A stretch of 64,000 bases of DNA from Actinomycetales bacterium mxb001. Lineage in GTDB: Bacteria; Actinomycetota; Actinomycetes; S36-B12. Position numbers and translations under genes: made by a program. The stretch lies in the NCBI GenBank assembly GCA_004379115.1, contig NBNH01000320.1, positions 278-64,277 of the forward strand, written 5' to 3'. The notes beneath the pieces were generated by a model. The model worked only from the letters and a program-made list of their open reading frames with translations, had not been told where the DNA came from and did not search any database. This document shows, in pieces, positions 18,811 to 27,821 of this stretch; the first letter of the stretch is position 1, and every line of letters starts with the position of its first letter.

Positions 18811-19928
18811 AGCGTGCCTCCGATGGCGGTGGCCGGATCGATCCGGGCGATGCGTCGCAGGGAGAAGGCGGCGCCGACCACGCCTGCGACCAGGGTGAAG
18901 ACGGCGATCTGGATGAGCGTGTCGGTGCGGAAGAGCGTCGGCACATTGGCCGGGATGATGAGGCCGAACAGTCGAGCCACGATCGTGCCGATGATGACGC
19001 CGAGGATCGACGCCACGACGGCCTGAACCAGGACCGCGCGGCCGAGCGCGCCCGTGGGCGTGCCCAAAGCCTTGAGAGCCGCGAAGAGCTCGCGCTTCTC
19101 CAGGACCACCAGCGCGAAGAACAGCGCCACGACCAGTGCGGCGACGGCGAGGGTCGTGTAGATGATCGAGTTGAGGGTGGAGCGCTGCTGTGCCACGCCG
19201 GGGATCGCGAGACCGACAGCATCGCTCGTGAGCACGGTCGTTCCCGGCAGGGTGGCGGCGATCGCCGACAGGTCGGCCCCGGGCTCGGTGATGAGTGCGA
19301 CCGCATTGATGGCGGTTGGCTGACCACGCAGCTCCGGCCGCACGGCGTCACGCATCGCGCGCCAGTCGGCGACGCTTGTCCAGACCGTGGGCTGCAGCTG
19401 ATAGGACGCGTCCGACACGAAGCCGACGACCTCGACCCCCACGTCGCCGACGGCAACCTGCGACCCGAGGACCACGCCGTCCTGCTGGAGGCGGGTGTCG
19501 ACGGCGGCCACGCCCTGCTCACCGGCCTCGGGAAGGCGGCCCTCGACGAGCGTGGTCGGCGAGCCGGGTCCGCCGACGTCGAGGCCGAAGACGGCAAGGT
19601 CGATGTCGCCCTCGGGACCCTTGCCCCCGGTCAGCAGCACGCCCACGGGACTGGCCGCCGTCACGCCGGGAGCCGAGCGGAGTGGGGCGACGTCCGCCTC
19701 GTCGAGACGTGAGCGGATCAAGGAGCCCTCGGCATCGTCGGAGAAGGCATAGGCCGTGGCGTTGGTCGATCGAACCGCTCCGGTGGCCCCGTAGAACAGG
19801 CCGTCAGCGAGGGCGCCGAGGACCAGCACCAGGAAGACGATGAGCGAGAGAGCGGCGACGACCGCTCCGAAGCGACCCTTGCTGCGCGCGAGTTCGCCGC
19901 GGGAGAGCAGGCGAGCGGGGCCGGCCAT
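18807..19928 (-). CDS. FtsX/MacB-type ABC permease, subunit 2 (4 TM with a large extracytoplasmic loop)
   Basis: ATG at 19928 (MAGPARLLSRGELARSKGRFG...). The layout is TM1, a ~220 aa loop, three C-terminal TM helices, and the terminal RRIARIDPATAIGG motif. The 973-aa ORF in the track is read-through of this frame. Confidence 0.85.
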   Translation of the reverse strand: MAGPARLLSRGELARSKGRFGAVVAALSLIVFLVLVLGALADGLFYGATGAVRSTNATAYAFSDDAEGSLIRSRLDEADVAPLRSAPGVTAASPVGVLLTGGKGPEGDIDLAVFGLDVGGPGSPTTLVEGRLPEAGEQGVAAVDTRLQQDGVVLGSQVAVGDVGVEVVGFVSDASYQLQPTVWTSVADWRAMRDAVRPELRGQPTAINAVALITEPGADLSAIAATLPGTTVLTSDAVGLAIPGVAQQRSTLNSIIYTTLAVAALVVALFFALVVLEKRELFAALKALGTPTGALGRAVLVQAVVASILGVIIGTIVARLFGLIIPANVPTLFRTDTLIQIAVFTLVAGVVGAAFSLRRIARIDPATAIGGTL

Positions 19929-21025
19929 CAGCGCGCTCCTACGGCGGAGGCCGGGTCGATCCGCGCGATGCGGCGGATGCTGAGGAGTCCGGCCAGCAGG
20001 GAGAAGATCCACACGGCGAGGATCGTCGTGAGGATGAGTTGCGGATCCAACTGCACGGGAATGCCGGTGTTGAGACCGCGTACGGCGAGGAGGGTGAGGC
20101 CCAGCGCGATCGCGGATGCCAGCCACACCACGATCGTGATCTGGATGGCGACGGTGGCCGCCAAGCGGCCGGTGCCGGTGCCGATGGCGCGCAGCAGCGT
20201 GAACGGCTTGAGCTTTTGCACGGTGAGGATGAGGAAGAAGAAGCCGATGACGACGATGCCGATGATGAAGGTCAGTCCGACGAGGATGCCGAAGCTCTGC
20301 GTGATCGATTCGATGCCGGGGATGAGCGCGACCGCGTCGTCGCGCGTATAGCCCTTGACCCCGGGCACGTCGCTGGTGATCGCACTGGCCACCGTGGCGA
20401 CGTCGGCGTCGGGCTGCACCGCGAACGCCACGGCATTGATGGGAACGAAGGGAAGTCCCGGGTTGGTGGCGGCAGCAGCCTCGACGTAGGTGTCGAGATC
20501 GACGTACATGGTTGGGATCGCATTGAACTGCGCGCCGCGCAAGAGCCCGACGACCGTCAGGTCGGTGCCCGCCGGGTCGAGTGTGATCGTGTCGCCGATC
20601 GCGACGTCGCCGCCGTCGACCGCTGCCTCGCCGGGCGCGCTGGGCAGTCGGCCATCGGACAGGCCACTGGGCGAGCCGGGTCCGTCGGGCTCGAATCCGA
20701 AGACCTGGACGTCGACCTGCTGACCCGCGATGTCCGCGGCCGTGGTGAAGGTGCCAACCGCTGCTGCGTTGGCCACGCCGGGCACGGCGGCCACCGCGTC
20801 GACGACCGACGGCTCCATCCGGCTCGCGGCAATGTTGTCGCGGGCGAAGTCGGCGTAGACCAGTCCATCGGTGCGCAGGCCCTGCAGCGCGCCCACTAGG
20901 GCGCCGATCAACGCGCCCGAGAGGGTGGACAGGAGAAGGACGAGGAAGACAAGGAGAGAGACAGCACCGGTGAGGAGGCCGAAGCGCAGCTTCGCGCGCT
21001 TGATCTCCGTGCCTGCCAGGCTCAC
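19928..21025 (-). CDS. FtsX/MacB-type ABC permease, subunit 1 (paralog of the downstream permease)
   Basis: GTG at 21025 lies 7 nt after GGAGGAA. The sequence begins VSLAGTEIKRAKLRFG, has the same 4-TM architecture, and ends RRIARIDPASAVGAR. ATGA overlap with subunit 2. Confidence 0.85.
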   Translation of the reverse strand: MSLAGTEIKRAKLRFGLLTGAVSLLVFLVLLLSTLSGALIGALVGALQGLRTDGLVYADFARDNIAASRMEPSVVDAVAAVPGVANAAAVGTFTTAADIAGQQVDVQVFGFEPDGPGSPSGLSDGRLPSAPGEAAVDGGDVAIGDTITLDPAGTDLTVVGLLRGAQFNAIPTMYVDLDTYVEAAAATNPGLPFVPINAVAFAVQPDADVATVASAITSDVPGVKGYTRDDAVALIPGIESITQSFGILVGLTFIIGIVVIGFFFLILTVQKLKPFTLLRAIGTGTGRLAATVAIQITIVVWLASAIALGLTLLAVRGLNTGIPVQLDPQLILTTILAVWIFSLLAGLLSIRRIARIDPASAVGAR

Positions 21026-21128
21026 GCCAGTTCCTCCCGAGAGTGGCGACCCCGCCCTCGCGGGCGAGCACCTCAGACTCTCGCGAGTCGCCGCGTCGCG
21101 CATCCGGAAGCGGTGGCACAGTACCCGC

Positions 21129-21893
21129 GTGGCCGTCCACCTGGAGTTCGGTGTGCCGGGTGCCCGCGACGCTCGCGTGCGCACCACGTGGATGGCCGGC
21201 ACCCAGCCCGTGGTCGGCTGGGCCTGGGTGCAGCACGGCTTCGCCCGCCGCGGACGTCACCTGGAGGGCCTGGCCGGGGCGCTGGCCACCGCGGGCATCA
21301 GCAGCGTTCGACCCGACATCGCCTCGCTCGTGCCGCGCCACTCGATGCATGATCCGGCGTTCCTCACGGCCTCGGCGCTGACGATCGCGCGGGCGATCGA
21401 GTCGGGAATCCCCCAGAGCAGGGGAGTCGACCTCGGTCCCTCCTGGGTGGGGGTCGGCCACTCGGCCGGGGCCGCCGTCGTGACCCACGTCGCGGGCGTC
21501 CTGGCCGCGCGGCCGGACGGTCCGGGATCGCCCCGCGGCCTGGTGCTGCTCGACCCCGTCGACACCGTCGGCGGACTCCTGCGCGCGGCACTCCCGGGGC
21601 TGCCCGACGACCTGCCGATCATCGCCCTCGCCCTGCCGCCCTCGCGGTGCAACCGCGGCGGCGAGACCGTCGCCTGGCTCGGGCGTACCGGCCGCGTCGA
21701 GATCGTGGCCCTGTCCGATCTGTCGCACGCCGATCCCGAGCGCATCCCGGCATCGCTGCTGCCCGCCGACGTCGTCCCGGCGGGCCGATCCGCGCGCTGG
21801 GCGTGCGGGCCGGCTGGGTCGGCCGACCGAGTCGCGGCCCTGGGGGAGGTGGCGGTCGCGCAGGTCCGAAGGCTGCTCGCAGACGACGGGTGA
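21129..21893 (+). CDS. Alpha/beta-fold hydrolase (GHSAG nucleophile elbow), no signal peptide
   Basis: Motifs are VGVGHSAGAAVV (Ser elbow), LLDPVD (Asp candidate) and LSHADPE (His candidate). The start is uncertain: GTG 21129 or ATG 21192. The ORF-track start at 20871 would overlap the divergent permease. Confidence 0.65.
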   Translation: MAVHLEFGVPGARDARVRTTWMAGTQPVVGWAWVQHGFARRGRHLEGLAGALATAGISSVRPDIASLVPRHSMHDPAFLTASALTIARAIESGIPQSRGVDLGPSWVGVGHSAGAAVVTHVAGVLAARPDGPGSPRGLVLLDPVDTVGGLLRAALPGLPDDLPIIALALPPSRCNRGGETVAWLGRTGRVEIVALSDLSHADPERIPASLLPADVVPAGRSARWACGPAGSADRVAALGEVAVAQVRRLLADDG

Positions 21894-21936
21894 TTCGCAC
21901 GAAGAAATCTGTGACGGATGTGACGCAGGTGGCGTC

Positions 21937-21965
21937 TTGCCATATGTGAGGTTGACCTCTAACCT
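21937..21965 (+). promoter_or_regulatory. Candidate housekeeping-type promoter for ftsZ
   Basis: TTGCCA (21937-21942), a 17-nt spacer, then TAACCT (21960-21965, fits TANNNT). It lies inside a locally AT-richer ~160 bp gap upstream of ftsZ. Confidence 0.35.
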
Positions 21966-22017
21966 CGTGGCAGTTCCACCCGAACAAGAAATCTCAACCT
22001 TAACGTGAGGTCGAGAT

Positions 22018-22036
22018 CTGCGCTCGCCGAGCGCAG
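22018..22036 (+). promoter_or_regulatory. Perfect 8-bp stem / 3-nt loop hairpin in the putative ftsZ 5' UTR
   Basis: CTGCGCTC gcc GAGCGCAG. It ends 6 nt before the AGGAGGA ribosome-binding site of ftsZ. Confidence 0.4.
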
Positions 22037-22054
22037 CGGCCTAGGAGGACGCTC

Positions 22055-23239
22055 ATGGGCCGGACGCGAAGGGATGCAGCCGTGGCCGCACCACAGAACT
22101 ACCTCGCCGTCATCAAGGTCGTCGGTATCGGCGGCGGCGGTGTCAATGCCGTCAACCGCATGATCGACGTCGGCCTCAAGGGGGTCGAGTTCGTCGCCAT
22201 CAACACCGACGCCCAGGCGCTGCTCATGAGCGATGCCGACGTCAAGCTCGACATCGGTCGCGAGCTCACCCGCGGTCTTGGCGCGGGTGCCGATCCCGAG
22301 GTGGGCCGACAGGCCGCCGAGGATCACGCGGCCGACATCGAGGAGGTGCTGCGCGGAGCCGACATGGTGTTCGTCACCGCGGGCGAGGGTGGTGGCACCG
22401 GCACCGGGGGAGCCCCGGTCGTCGCGCGCATCGCCAAGTCGCTGGGTGCCCTCACCATCGGCGTCGTCACCCGTCCGTTCGGGTTCGAAGGACGCCGTCG
22501 CCAGTCGCAGGCCGACTCCGGCGTCGATGCTCTGCGGGCCGAGGTCGACACCCTCATCGTCATTCCCAACGACCGCCTGCTGTCGCTGTCCGACCGCAAC
22601 ATCAGCGTCATCGATGCCTTCCGCCAGGCCGACCACGTACTCCTCCAGGGCGTCTCGGGCATCACCGACCTCATCACCACGCCGGGCCTGATCAACCTCG
22701 ACTTCGCCGACGTCAAGAGCGTCATGGCGGGAGCCGGCTCGGCCCTCATGGGTATCGGGTCTGCCCGCGGCGAGGAGCGCGCGGTGGAGGCGGCCAATGC
22801 CGCCATCTCCAGCCCGCTGCTCGAGGCGAGCATCGAAGGCGCCCACGGCGTGCTGCTGTCGATCTCCGGCGGGTCCGACCTCGGCCTGTTCGAGATCAAC
22901 GAGGCCGCCCGCATGGTGTCCGATGCCGCTCATCCCGACGCCAACATCATCTTCGGCGCCGTCATCGACGACACCCTCGGCGACGAGGTGCGCGTGACGG
23001 TCATCGCCGCTGGCTTCGACGGTGGTACGCCGCCCGCGCGACGTACTCAGCCGGTGACCAAGCGCATCGCCGAGGAGACGCCTCTCGCGGCTGCTGTGGC
23101 CGCGAAGCAGTCCGCGTCCTCCGACAGCGCCGAGATCCCGGTGACCCCGGAGCCGCCGAAGCGTCCGGTGCAGCAGCCGCGCACCATCGTCTTCGACGAT
23201 GCCGGCGACGACCTGGACGTGCCCGACTTCCTGAAGTAG
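22055..23239 (+). CDS. ftsZ: Cell division GTPase FtsZ
   Basis: 394 aa with [22 protein letters not shown] and [13 protein letters not shown] (tubulin signature), plus the C-terminal [10 protein letters not shown] peptide. An AGGAGGA RBS is present. Confidence 0.97.
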   Translation: MGRTRRDAAVAAPQNYLAVIKVVGIGGGGVNAVNRMIDVGLKGVEFVAINTDAQALLMSDADVKLDIGRELTRGLGAGADPEVGRQAAEDHAADIEEVLRGADMVFVTAGEGGGTGTGGAPVVARIAKSLGALTIGVVTRPFGFEGRRRQSQADSGVDALRAEVDTLIVIPNDRLLSLSDRNISVIDAFRQADHVLLQGVSGITDLITTPGLINLDFADVKSVMAGAGSALMGIGSARGEERAVEAANAAISSPLLEASIEGAHGVLLSISGGSDLGLFEINEAARMVSDAAHPDANIIFGAVIDDTLGDEVRVTVIAAGFDGGTPPARRTQPVTKRIAEETPLAAAVAAKQSASSDSAEIPVTPEPPKRPVQQPRTIVFDDAGDDLDVPDFLK

Positions 23240-23247
23240 TCGAGCGC

Positions 23248-23976
23248 ATGGGTGTGCTCGCCCACGGACGCGTCGACGAGGGCGACCTCTCGGCCGAGTG
23301 GGTCTTCACCGATCGCCACGGTGGCGTGAGTGCAGGGCCCTACGCCTCTCTCAATGTCGGCGGCGCGGTCGACGACGACCCGCGGGCCGTTGGCAGGAAT
23401 CGTGCGATCGTCGCGTCGTACGTCGGCGCCGAGTCCCTGGCCCGCGTCCATCAGGTCCACGGTCGCGCCGTGGCGCGTCTCGATCGCGTGCTGGACGAGC
23501 CGCCGCACGCGGACGCGTCGGTGACCTCGACCCCCGACCTCGCCCTGGTGATCCAGACAGCCGACTGCGTTCCCGTGCTGCTGGCTGACCTCAGCGGTGG
23601 CCAGGTCGCGGGTATCCACGCCGGGTGGCGCGGCGTCGCGGCCGATGTCGTGGGGGCGGCGCTGGACCAGCTGGACCCCGCCGGACCCGTGCATGCCTGG
23701 GTGGGGCCGGCGATCTGCCCGGGCTGCTACGAGGTCAGCGAGCAGGTGCGCGACGAGGTTGCCGCCGTCGTCCCGGCGGCGGCGTCGTCGACGCGGAGTG
23801 GCACTCCGGCGGTCGACGTTCGCGCGGGCGTGCTCGCTCAACTCGCCTCGCGGGGTATCGCCGGCACGCTCATCGGAGGGTGCACGTTCGAAAGCCCCGA
23901 TCTGTTCTCGTTCCGGCGCGACGGGGTCACCGGGCGCCAGGCCGGCGTCATCGTGATGCGGCGCCGCGATGGATGA
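23248..23976 (+). CDS. pgeF: Peptidoglycan editing factor PgeF / YfiH (DUF152, 'laccase domain' family)
   Basis: 242 aa with HQVHG, QTADCVPVLL, GIHAGWRG and GPAICPGCYEV. Conserved position after ftsZ. Confidence 0.88.
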   Translation: MGVLAHGRVDEGDLSAEWVFTDRHGGVSAGPYASLNVGGAVDDDPRAVGRNRAIVASYVGAESLARVHQVHGRAVARLDRVLDEPPHADASVTSTPDLALVIQTADCVPVLLADLSGGQVAGIHAGWRGVAADVVGAALDQLDPAGPVHAWVGPAICPGCYEVSEQVRDEVAAVVPAAASSTRSGTPAVDVRAGVLAQLASRGIAGTLIGGCTFESPDLFSFRRDGVTGRQAGVIVMRRRDG

Positions 23977-24673
23977 CCCTCGCACGCAGGAGATCGCAGA
24001 CAACCTCGCCGACGTCCGTTCGCGCATCGATCGGGCCTGCCTGGCTGCTGGACGCGATCCGAGCGAGATCACGCTCGTCGTCGTGACCAAGACGTTCCCC
24101 GCCGACGATGTCGCGCGGCTGGCCGATCTCGGCGTGCGCGACGTGGGGGAGAACCGCGACCAGGAAGCGGCAGGCAAGGCGGCCGACACCGCCGGTCGCG
24201 GACTGCGCTGGCACTTCATCGGGCAGTTGCAGACCAACAAGGCGGCGTCCGTGGCGCGCTACGCCGACGTCGTGCACTCGGTCGATCGGGTCGAGTTGGT
24301 GCAGGCGCTGGAGAAGGGTGCCGCGAAGGCAGGCCGCTCGCTGGACTGCCTGGTCCAGGTCAGCCTCGATCCGGATGCCCCTGCGGGTCGCGGCGGGGCG
24401 AGCGCGGACGAGGTCAAGGACGTGGCCGCGGCCATCGACGATGCACCGCACCTGCGCCTGCGCGGTGTCATGGGAGTGGCGCCGCTGGGCGCTGATCCGG
24501 CCCCGGCATTCGATCGCCTGGCCGATTCCCTCGCGATGCTGCGCGGCATCTACCCCGACCTGGACGTCATGTCCGCGGGCATGTCCGATGACCTGGACGA
24601 GGCTGTGATGGCCGGTGCGACACACCTGCGCGTGGGGAGTTCGATCCTCGGGAGTCGGGCTTCCCGCGGGTAG
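23969..24673 (+). CDS. yggS: YggS/YlmE family pyridoxal-phosphate homeostasis protein
   Basis: 234 aa with VVTKTFP, the GENRDQE region, [10 protein letters not shown] and MSAGMSDD. Overlaps the pgeF stop. Confidence 0.9.
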   Translation: MDDPRTQEIADNLADVRSRIDRACLAAGRDPSEITLVVVTKTFPADDVARLADLGVRDVGENRDQEAAGKAADTAGRGLRWHFIGQLQTNKAASVARYADVVHSVDRVELVQALEKGAAKAGRSLDCLVQVSLDPDAPAGRGGASADEVKDVAAAIDDAPHLRLRGVMGVAPLGADPAPAFDRLADSLAMLRGIYPDLDVMSAGMSDDLDEAVMAGATHLRVGSSILGSRASRG

Positions 24674-24720
24674 TGTGGGCGGGAGCCTGGGCGCGGTGTC
24701 CGGCTGCGAAGGGGAGTGCC

Positions 24721-25284
24721 ATGGCGGGCGCGATGCGCAAGATGGCGGTCTACCTCGGACTCGTGGAGGACGAGAACGATCGCCACGAGGGCTACCTCGA
24801 GGAAGACGAGTGGGAGTACGACGAGCCCGCTCCGCAGCGTCGCACGCGCACGAGCGATCGACCCGAGCGCTCCGAGCCCCGCGCCGTCACGGTCATGGAC
24901 CCCAATCAGCCGCGTCGGATGTATCGCGATGAGCCCACCAACGTCTCCACGATCCCCGGCCCGTCGGTGCGCACGGTGCCGACCGCCGCTGCGCCGGCCA
25001 CCGATCTGTCGCGCATCACGACCATTCACCCGCACACCTACAACGACGCTCGCCGCATCGGCGAGGAGTTCCGCGAGGGTGTGCCCGTGATCATGAACCT
25101 CACGGAGATGGAAGATGGCGATGCCAAGCGCATCGTCGACTTTGCTGCCGGCCTGGTGTTCGGCCTGCACGGCACGATCGAGCGAGTGACCAACAAGGTC
25201 TTCCTGCTCTCGCCTGCCAACGTCGAGGTCGGTGCGGAGGCCCGCGCCCAACTCGCGCAGACCGGCTTCTTCAATCAGAGTTGA
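24721..25284 (+). CDS. sepF: Cell division protein SepF
   Basis: ATG at 24721 ([17 protein letters not shown]). The C-terminal SepF domain reads [45 protein letters not shown]. Confidence 0.9.
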   Translation: MAGAMRKMAVYLGLVEDENDRHEGYLEEDEWEYDEPAPQRRTRTSDRPERSEPRAVTVMDPNQPRRMYRDEPTNVSTIPGPSVRTVPTAAAPATDLSRITTIHPHTYNDARRIGEEFREGVPVIMNLTEMEDGDAKRIVDFAAGLVFGLHGTIERVTNKVFLLSPANVEVGAEARAQLAQTGFFNQS

Positions 25285-25332
25285 ACGCGAGGCGCGGAAC
25301 ATAGCCGTGCGCGCGAGGACTGAGGAGGCGAC

Positions 25333-25617
25333 GTGGGCGTGGTCGGGCAGGTGCTCGCCACTGTCCTGTGGCTCTACTGGCTTGTCCTCATCGGGCGACT
25401 GGTCTTCGACCTCGTTCAGATCTTCGCCCGCTCCTGGCAGCCGCGGGGTCCGCTGCTCCTGCTCGCCGAGGCCATCTACTCCCTCACCGACCCGCCCCTT
25501 CGCCTGCTCCGCAGGTTCATCCCTCCGCTGCGGCTCGGGGGCGTCCAATTCGACCTGGCCTTCCTCATCCTCATCATCGCCGTCCAGATCCTCATCAACC
25601 TCGCCCTCGCCCTCTAG
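25333..25617 (+). CDS. yggT: YggT/YlmG family membrane protein
   Basis: 94 aa with two TM helices. GTG start after GAGGAGG. Conserved position between sepF and divIVA. Confidence 0.85.
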   Translation: MGVVGQVLATVLWLYWLVLIGRLVFDLVQIFARSWQPRGPLLLLAEAIYSLTDPPLRLLRRFIPPLRLGGVQFDLAFLILIIAVQILINLALAL

Positions 25618-25629
25618 GTAGGAGACATC

Positions 25630-26415
25630 GTGGCCCTCACTCCGAAGGACGTTCACGACAAGCAGTTCAGCACCGTGAAGATGCGCACGGGCTACGACAT
25701 GGATGAGGTCGACCTGTTCCTCGACGAGGTCGAGTCCTCCCTCGGGCTCCTGCTCACCGAGAACGACGACCTCAAGGCGCAGATCGCTCAGGGGGCCAAG
25801 GTCGCACCCGTCCCGGCCGTGTCGATGACCGACGCGCAGAAGAAGTGGGACGAGGCGCAGAAGGTCCTGGCCGACGGGCAGGCCAAGCTCGCCGAGGCCC
25901 AGGCGAAGGACAAGGACGCCGACACCAAACTGGCCGAGGCCCAGGCCAAGCTCGCCGACGCCGAGGCGAAGGAGAAGGCGGCCGAGACCAAGCTCACCGA
26001 GGCGCGTCGCGTGGCCACGGCGACGCAGGCCGCCCCATCCGCACCGCCGGCTGCCGCGCCTGCTGCTCCCGCACCGGCCGTAGCAGCCGCTGCGGCCATG
26101 GCTGCACCTGCCGCACCCGCCGGTCAGGATGTCCCGGCTCGCGCGTTCGCGATGCTCGAGGCGGCGCAGCGCACGGCCGACGAGACCGTGGCCTCAGCCA
26201 AGTCGGAGGCCGACTCGATCCTCACCAAGGCACGCGAAGAGGCCCGCAAGGTCACCGGTGCGCTCGACGACCAGCGCGTGGCCCTCGAGGCCAAGGTCAA
26301 TGACCTGCGCACCTTCGAGCGCACCTACCGCACGAAGCTGCGCGACACGATTGCTGCCCAGCTCAAGGAGTTCGACACGACGGCCTCGGTCGAGCCCAAG
26401 GCGACCGAAGGCTGA
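25630..26415 (+). CDS. divIVA: DivIVA/Wag31 polar growth and division scaffold
   Basis: 261 aa. The N-terminal domain is MALTPKDVHDKQFSTVKMRTGYDMDEVDLFLDEV. It is followed by coiled coil with KLAEAQAK-type repeats and a Pro/Ala linker. Confidence 0.93.
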   Translation: MALTPKDVHDKQFSTVKMRTGYDMDEVDLFLDEVESSLGLLLTENDDLKAQIAQGAKVAPVPAVSMTDAQKKWDEAQKVLADGQAKLAEAQAKDKDADTKLAEAQAKLADAEAKEKAAETKLTEARRVATATQAAPSAPPAAAPAAPAPAVAAAAAMAAPAAPAGQDVPARAFAMLEAAQRTADETVASAKSEADSILTKAREEARKVTGALDDQRVALEAKVNDLRTFERTYRTKLRDTIAAQLKEFDTTASVEPKATEG

Positions 26416-27132
26416 CTAGCCCAGCGGACCCACCTCGAAGCCGGCCAGCACGCTCTCCGGCTCGGCCTGCCCGCCGTGCATGCCGGTGAAGGCCTGCGTC
26501 GCGTCGATCCCGCACATGCCCGTGATGACGTCGGGGCCGCCCGGATGCTCGCTGATCCAGGCGGTGAGGTCATAGACGACGCCGTTGACGACGCTCCAGC
26601 AGTCGTCGGGGGAGGAATGCTGCGCGACGTCGGCCATGGTGAGACCGGTGCCGGGCGCAGCAGGTGAGGCGTCCGCTGTCGGGGCCGCCGCGGGCGCGAC
26701 GCGGCTTGCCCAGACGGCCTCGGCGCCGCTGTGCCCGACGATGGTGGTCACGACGATGGTGCCCACGGCAAGAAAGATGCCGATGACGCCCACGATGGTG
26801 ACACCGACGCCACTGGCTCGTCGCTGCCAGAGGTACCACCCGAGCGCGACGACGAAGAGGGCGATGGACACGGGCAGGAGTCGGTCGCCCCACTCGGCGT
26901 GCTCCTGAGGTAGCCCGACGCGGGCGGAGAGTTGCTCGCCGGACTCCTTGGCGACGAAGGCGGCAACGACGCCGACGCCGAGGACGCCGATGGTCGCCCA
27001 GCCGAGTGCCCCGCGCCATCGCGGGATGAGCACGATGGCGATCAGGCCGAGGCCACCGAGGATGAGCAGGACGATCGCGAAGTGCACGACGAGGGGGTGG
27101 ACCGGCAGTCCGAGCACCAGGTCGAAGGGCAT
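26416..27132 (-). CDS. Membrane protein: N-terminal 4-TM DUF2231-like domain fused to a C-terminal cytochrome b5-like heme-binding domain
   Basis: ATG at 27132 (MPFDLVLGLPVHPLVVHF...). After four TM helices and a Pro/Ala linker the sequence reads CWSVVNGVVYDLTAWISEHPGGPDVITGMCGIDATQAFTGMHGG, which contains the HPGG motif and a second His. Confidence 0.7.
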   Translation of the reverse strand: MPFDLVLGLPVHPLVVHFAIVLLILGGLGLIAIVLIPRWRGALGWATIGVLGVGVVAAFVAKESGEQLSARVGLPQEHAEWGDRLLPVSIALFVVALGWYLWQRRASGVGVTIVGVIGIFLAVGTIVVTTIVGHSGAEAVWASRVAPAAAPTADASPAAPGTGLTMADVAQHSSPDDCWSVVNGVVYDLTAWISEHPGGPDVITGMCGIDATQAFTGMHGGQAEPESVLAGFEVGPLG

Positions 27133-27142
27133 GTCCCTAGCC

Positions 27143-27811
27143 TCACATATCGGGCGGGTTGGTACCGGGCTCCCGCTCGATGGGGCGAATCGCGCGTGTC
27201 TGGATCTGCCAGCGAAGCGTGGCGAAGCGCAGGATGACGACGCTGCCCACGCACAGCAGAGCGGCGACGCCGGCATTCACCTGGTCGAGCAGGACGAAAA
27301 TCGTGACACCGATGACGACCAGGATCGCGTAGGGCTCGCTGGGGCGCAGGATCTCGGGGGTCTCGCCGCGCAGCACGGCGACAATCGCGCCGCCGGCGAT
27401 GGCGGCGAGGAACCCCACCATGATCGCGCCGATATCGGGAAGCCCGAACTCGATCGCCATCTGCGCGGCGATAACGCCGTAGAGCCCCAGGGTGAGCGCG
27501 TCGAGCAGGATGAAGATCCAGCCGTTGACCGGGATCCACCGCCCGATGAGCAGGACGACGAGGACGGCCCCCAGCACGGTGACGAGGTACCACGGCGAGC
27601 GCAGTGCCAGTGGCGGGACATTGCCCAGCAGCACGTCGCGCGTGATACCGCCGCCCAGCCCAAGGAAGAACGCGAAGACGAAGACGCCGACGATGTCGTA
27701 CTTCACTCGGCCCGGGGTGCGACCGATCACCGCGCCGGAGGTGGCCGCGACGAAGGTCGTGAAGAGGGCCAGCCACAGGGGGGTGTTGCTGGCGAAGTTC
27801 GGGACGTCCAT
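27143..27811 (-). CDS. UPF0126 (YadS/TRIC-like) membrane protein
   Basis: 222 aa with ~7 TM helices. It has the duplicated UPF0126 pattern (GLGGGITRDVLLG and AIAGGAIVAVLRG). It lies 10 nt downstream of ileS. Confidence 0.7.
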   Translation of the reverse strand: MDVPNFASNTPLWLALFTTFVAATSGAVIGRTPGRVKYDIVGVFVFAFFLGLGGGITRDVLLGNVPPLALRSPWYLVTVLGAVLVVLLIGRWIPVNGWIFILLDALTLGLYGVIAAQMAIEFGLPDIGAIMVGFLAAIAGGAIVAVLRGETPEILRPSEPYAILVVIGVTIFVLLDQVNAGVAALLCVGSVVILRFATLRWQIQTRAIRPIEREPGTNPPDM

Positions 27812-27821
27812 GGCGGGCGTC

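Noticed and set aside
13899-22054. The ftsQ-ftsZ insert considered as a recent mobile genomic island.
   Set aside because: I could see no integrase, transposase or recombinase, no tRNA attachment site, no flanking direct repeats and no evident compositional contrast with the flanks. I therefore treat it as an old insertion or rearrangement rather than an active mobile element.
25850-26110. Repetitive DNA inside divIVA (KLAEAQAK-type repeats and an Ala/Pro run).
   Set aside because: This is ordinary coiled-coil heptad redundancy plus a low-complexity linker, both typical of actinobacterial DivIVA/Wag31, and not a separate feature.
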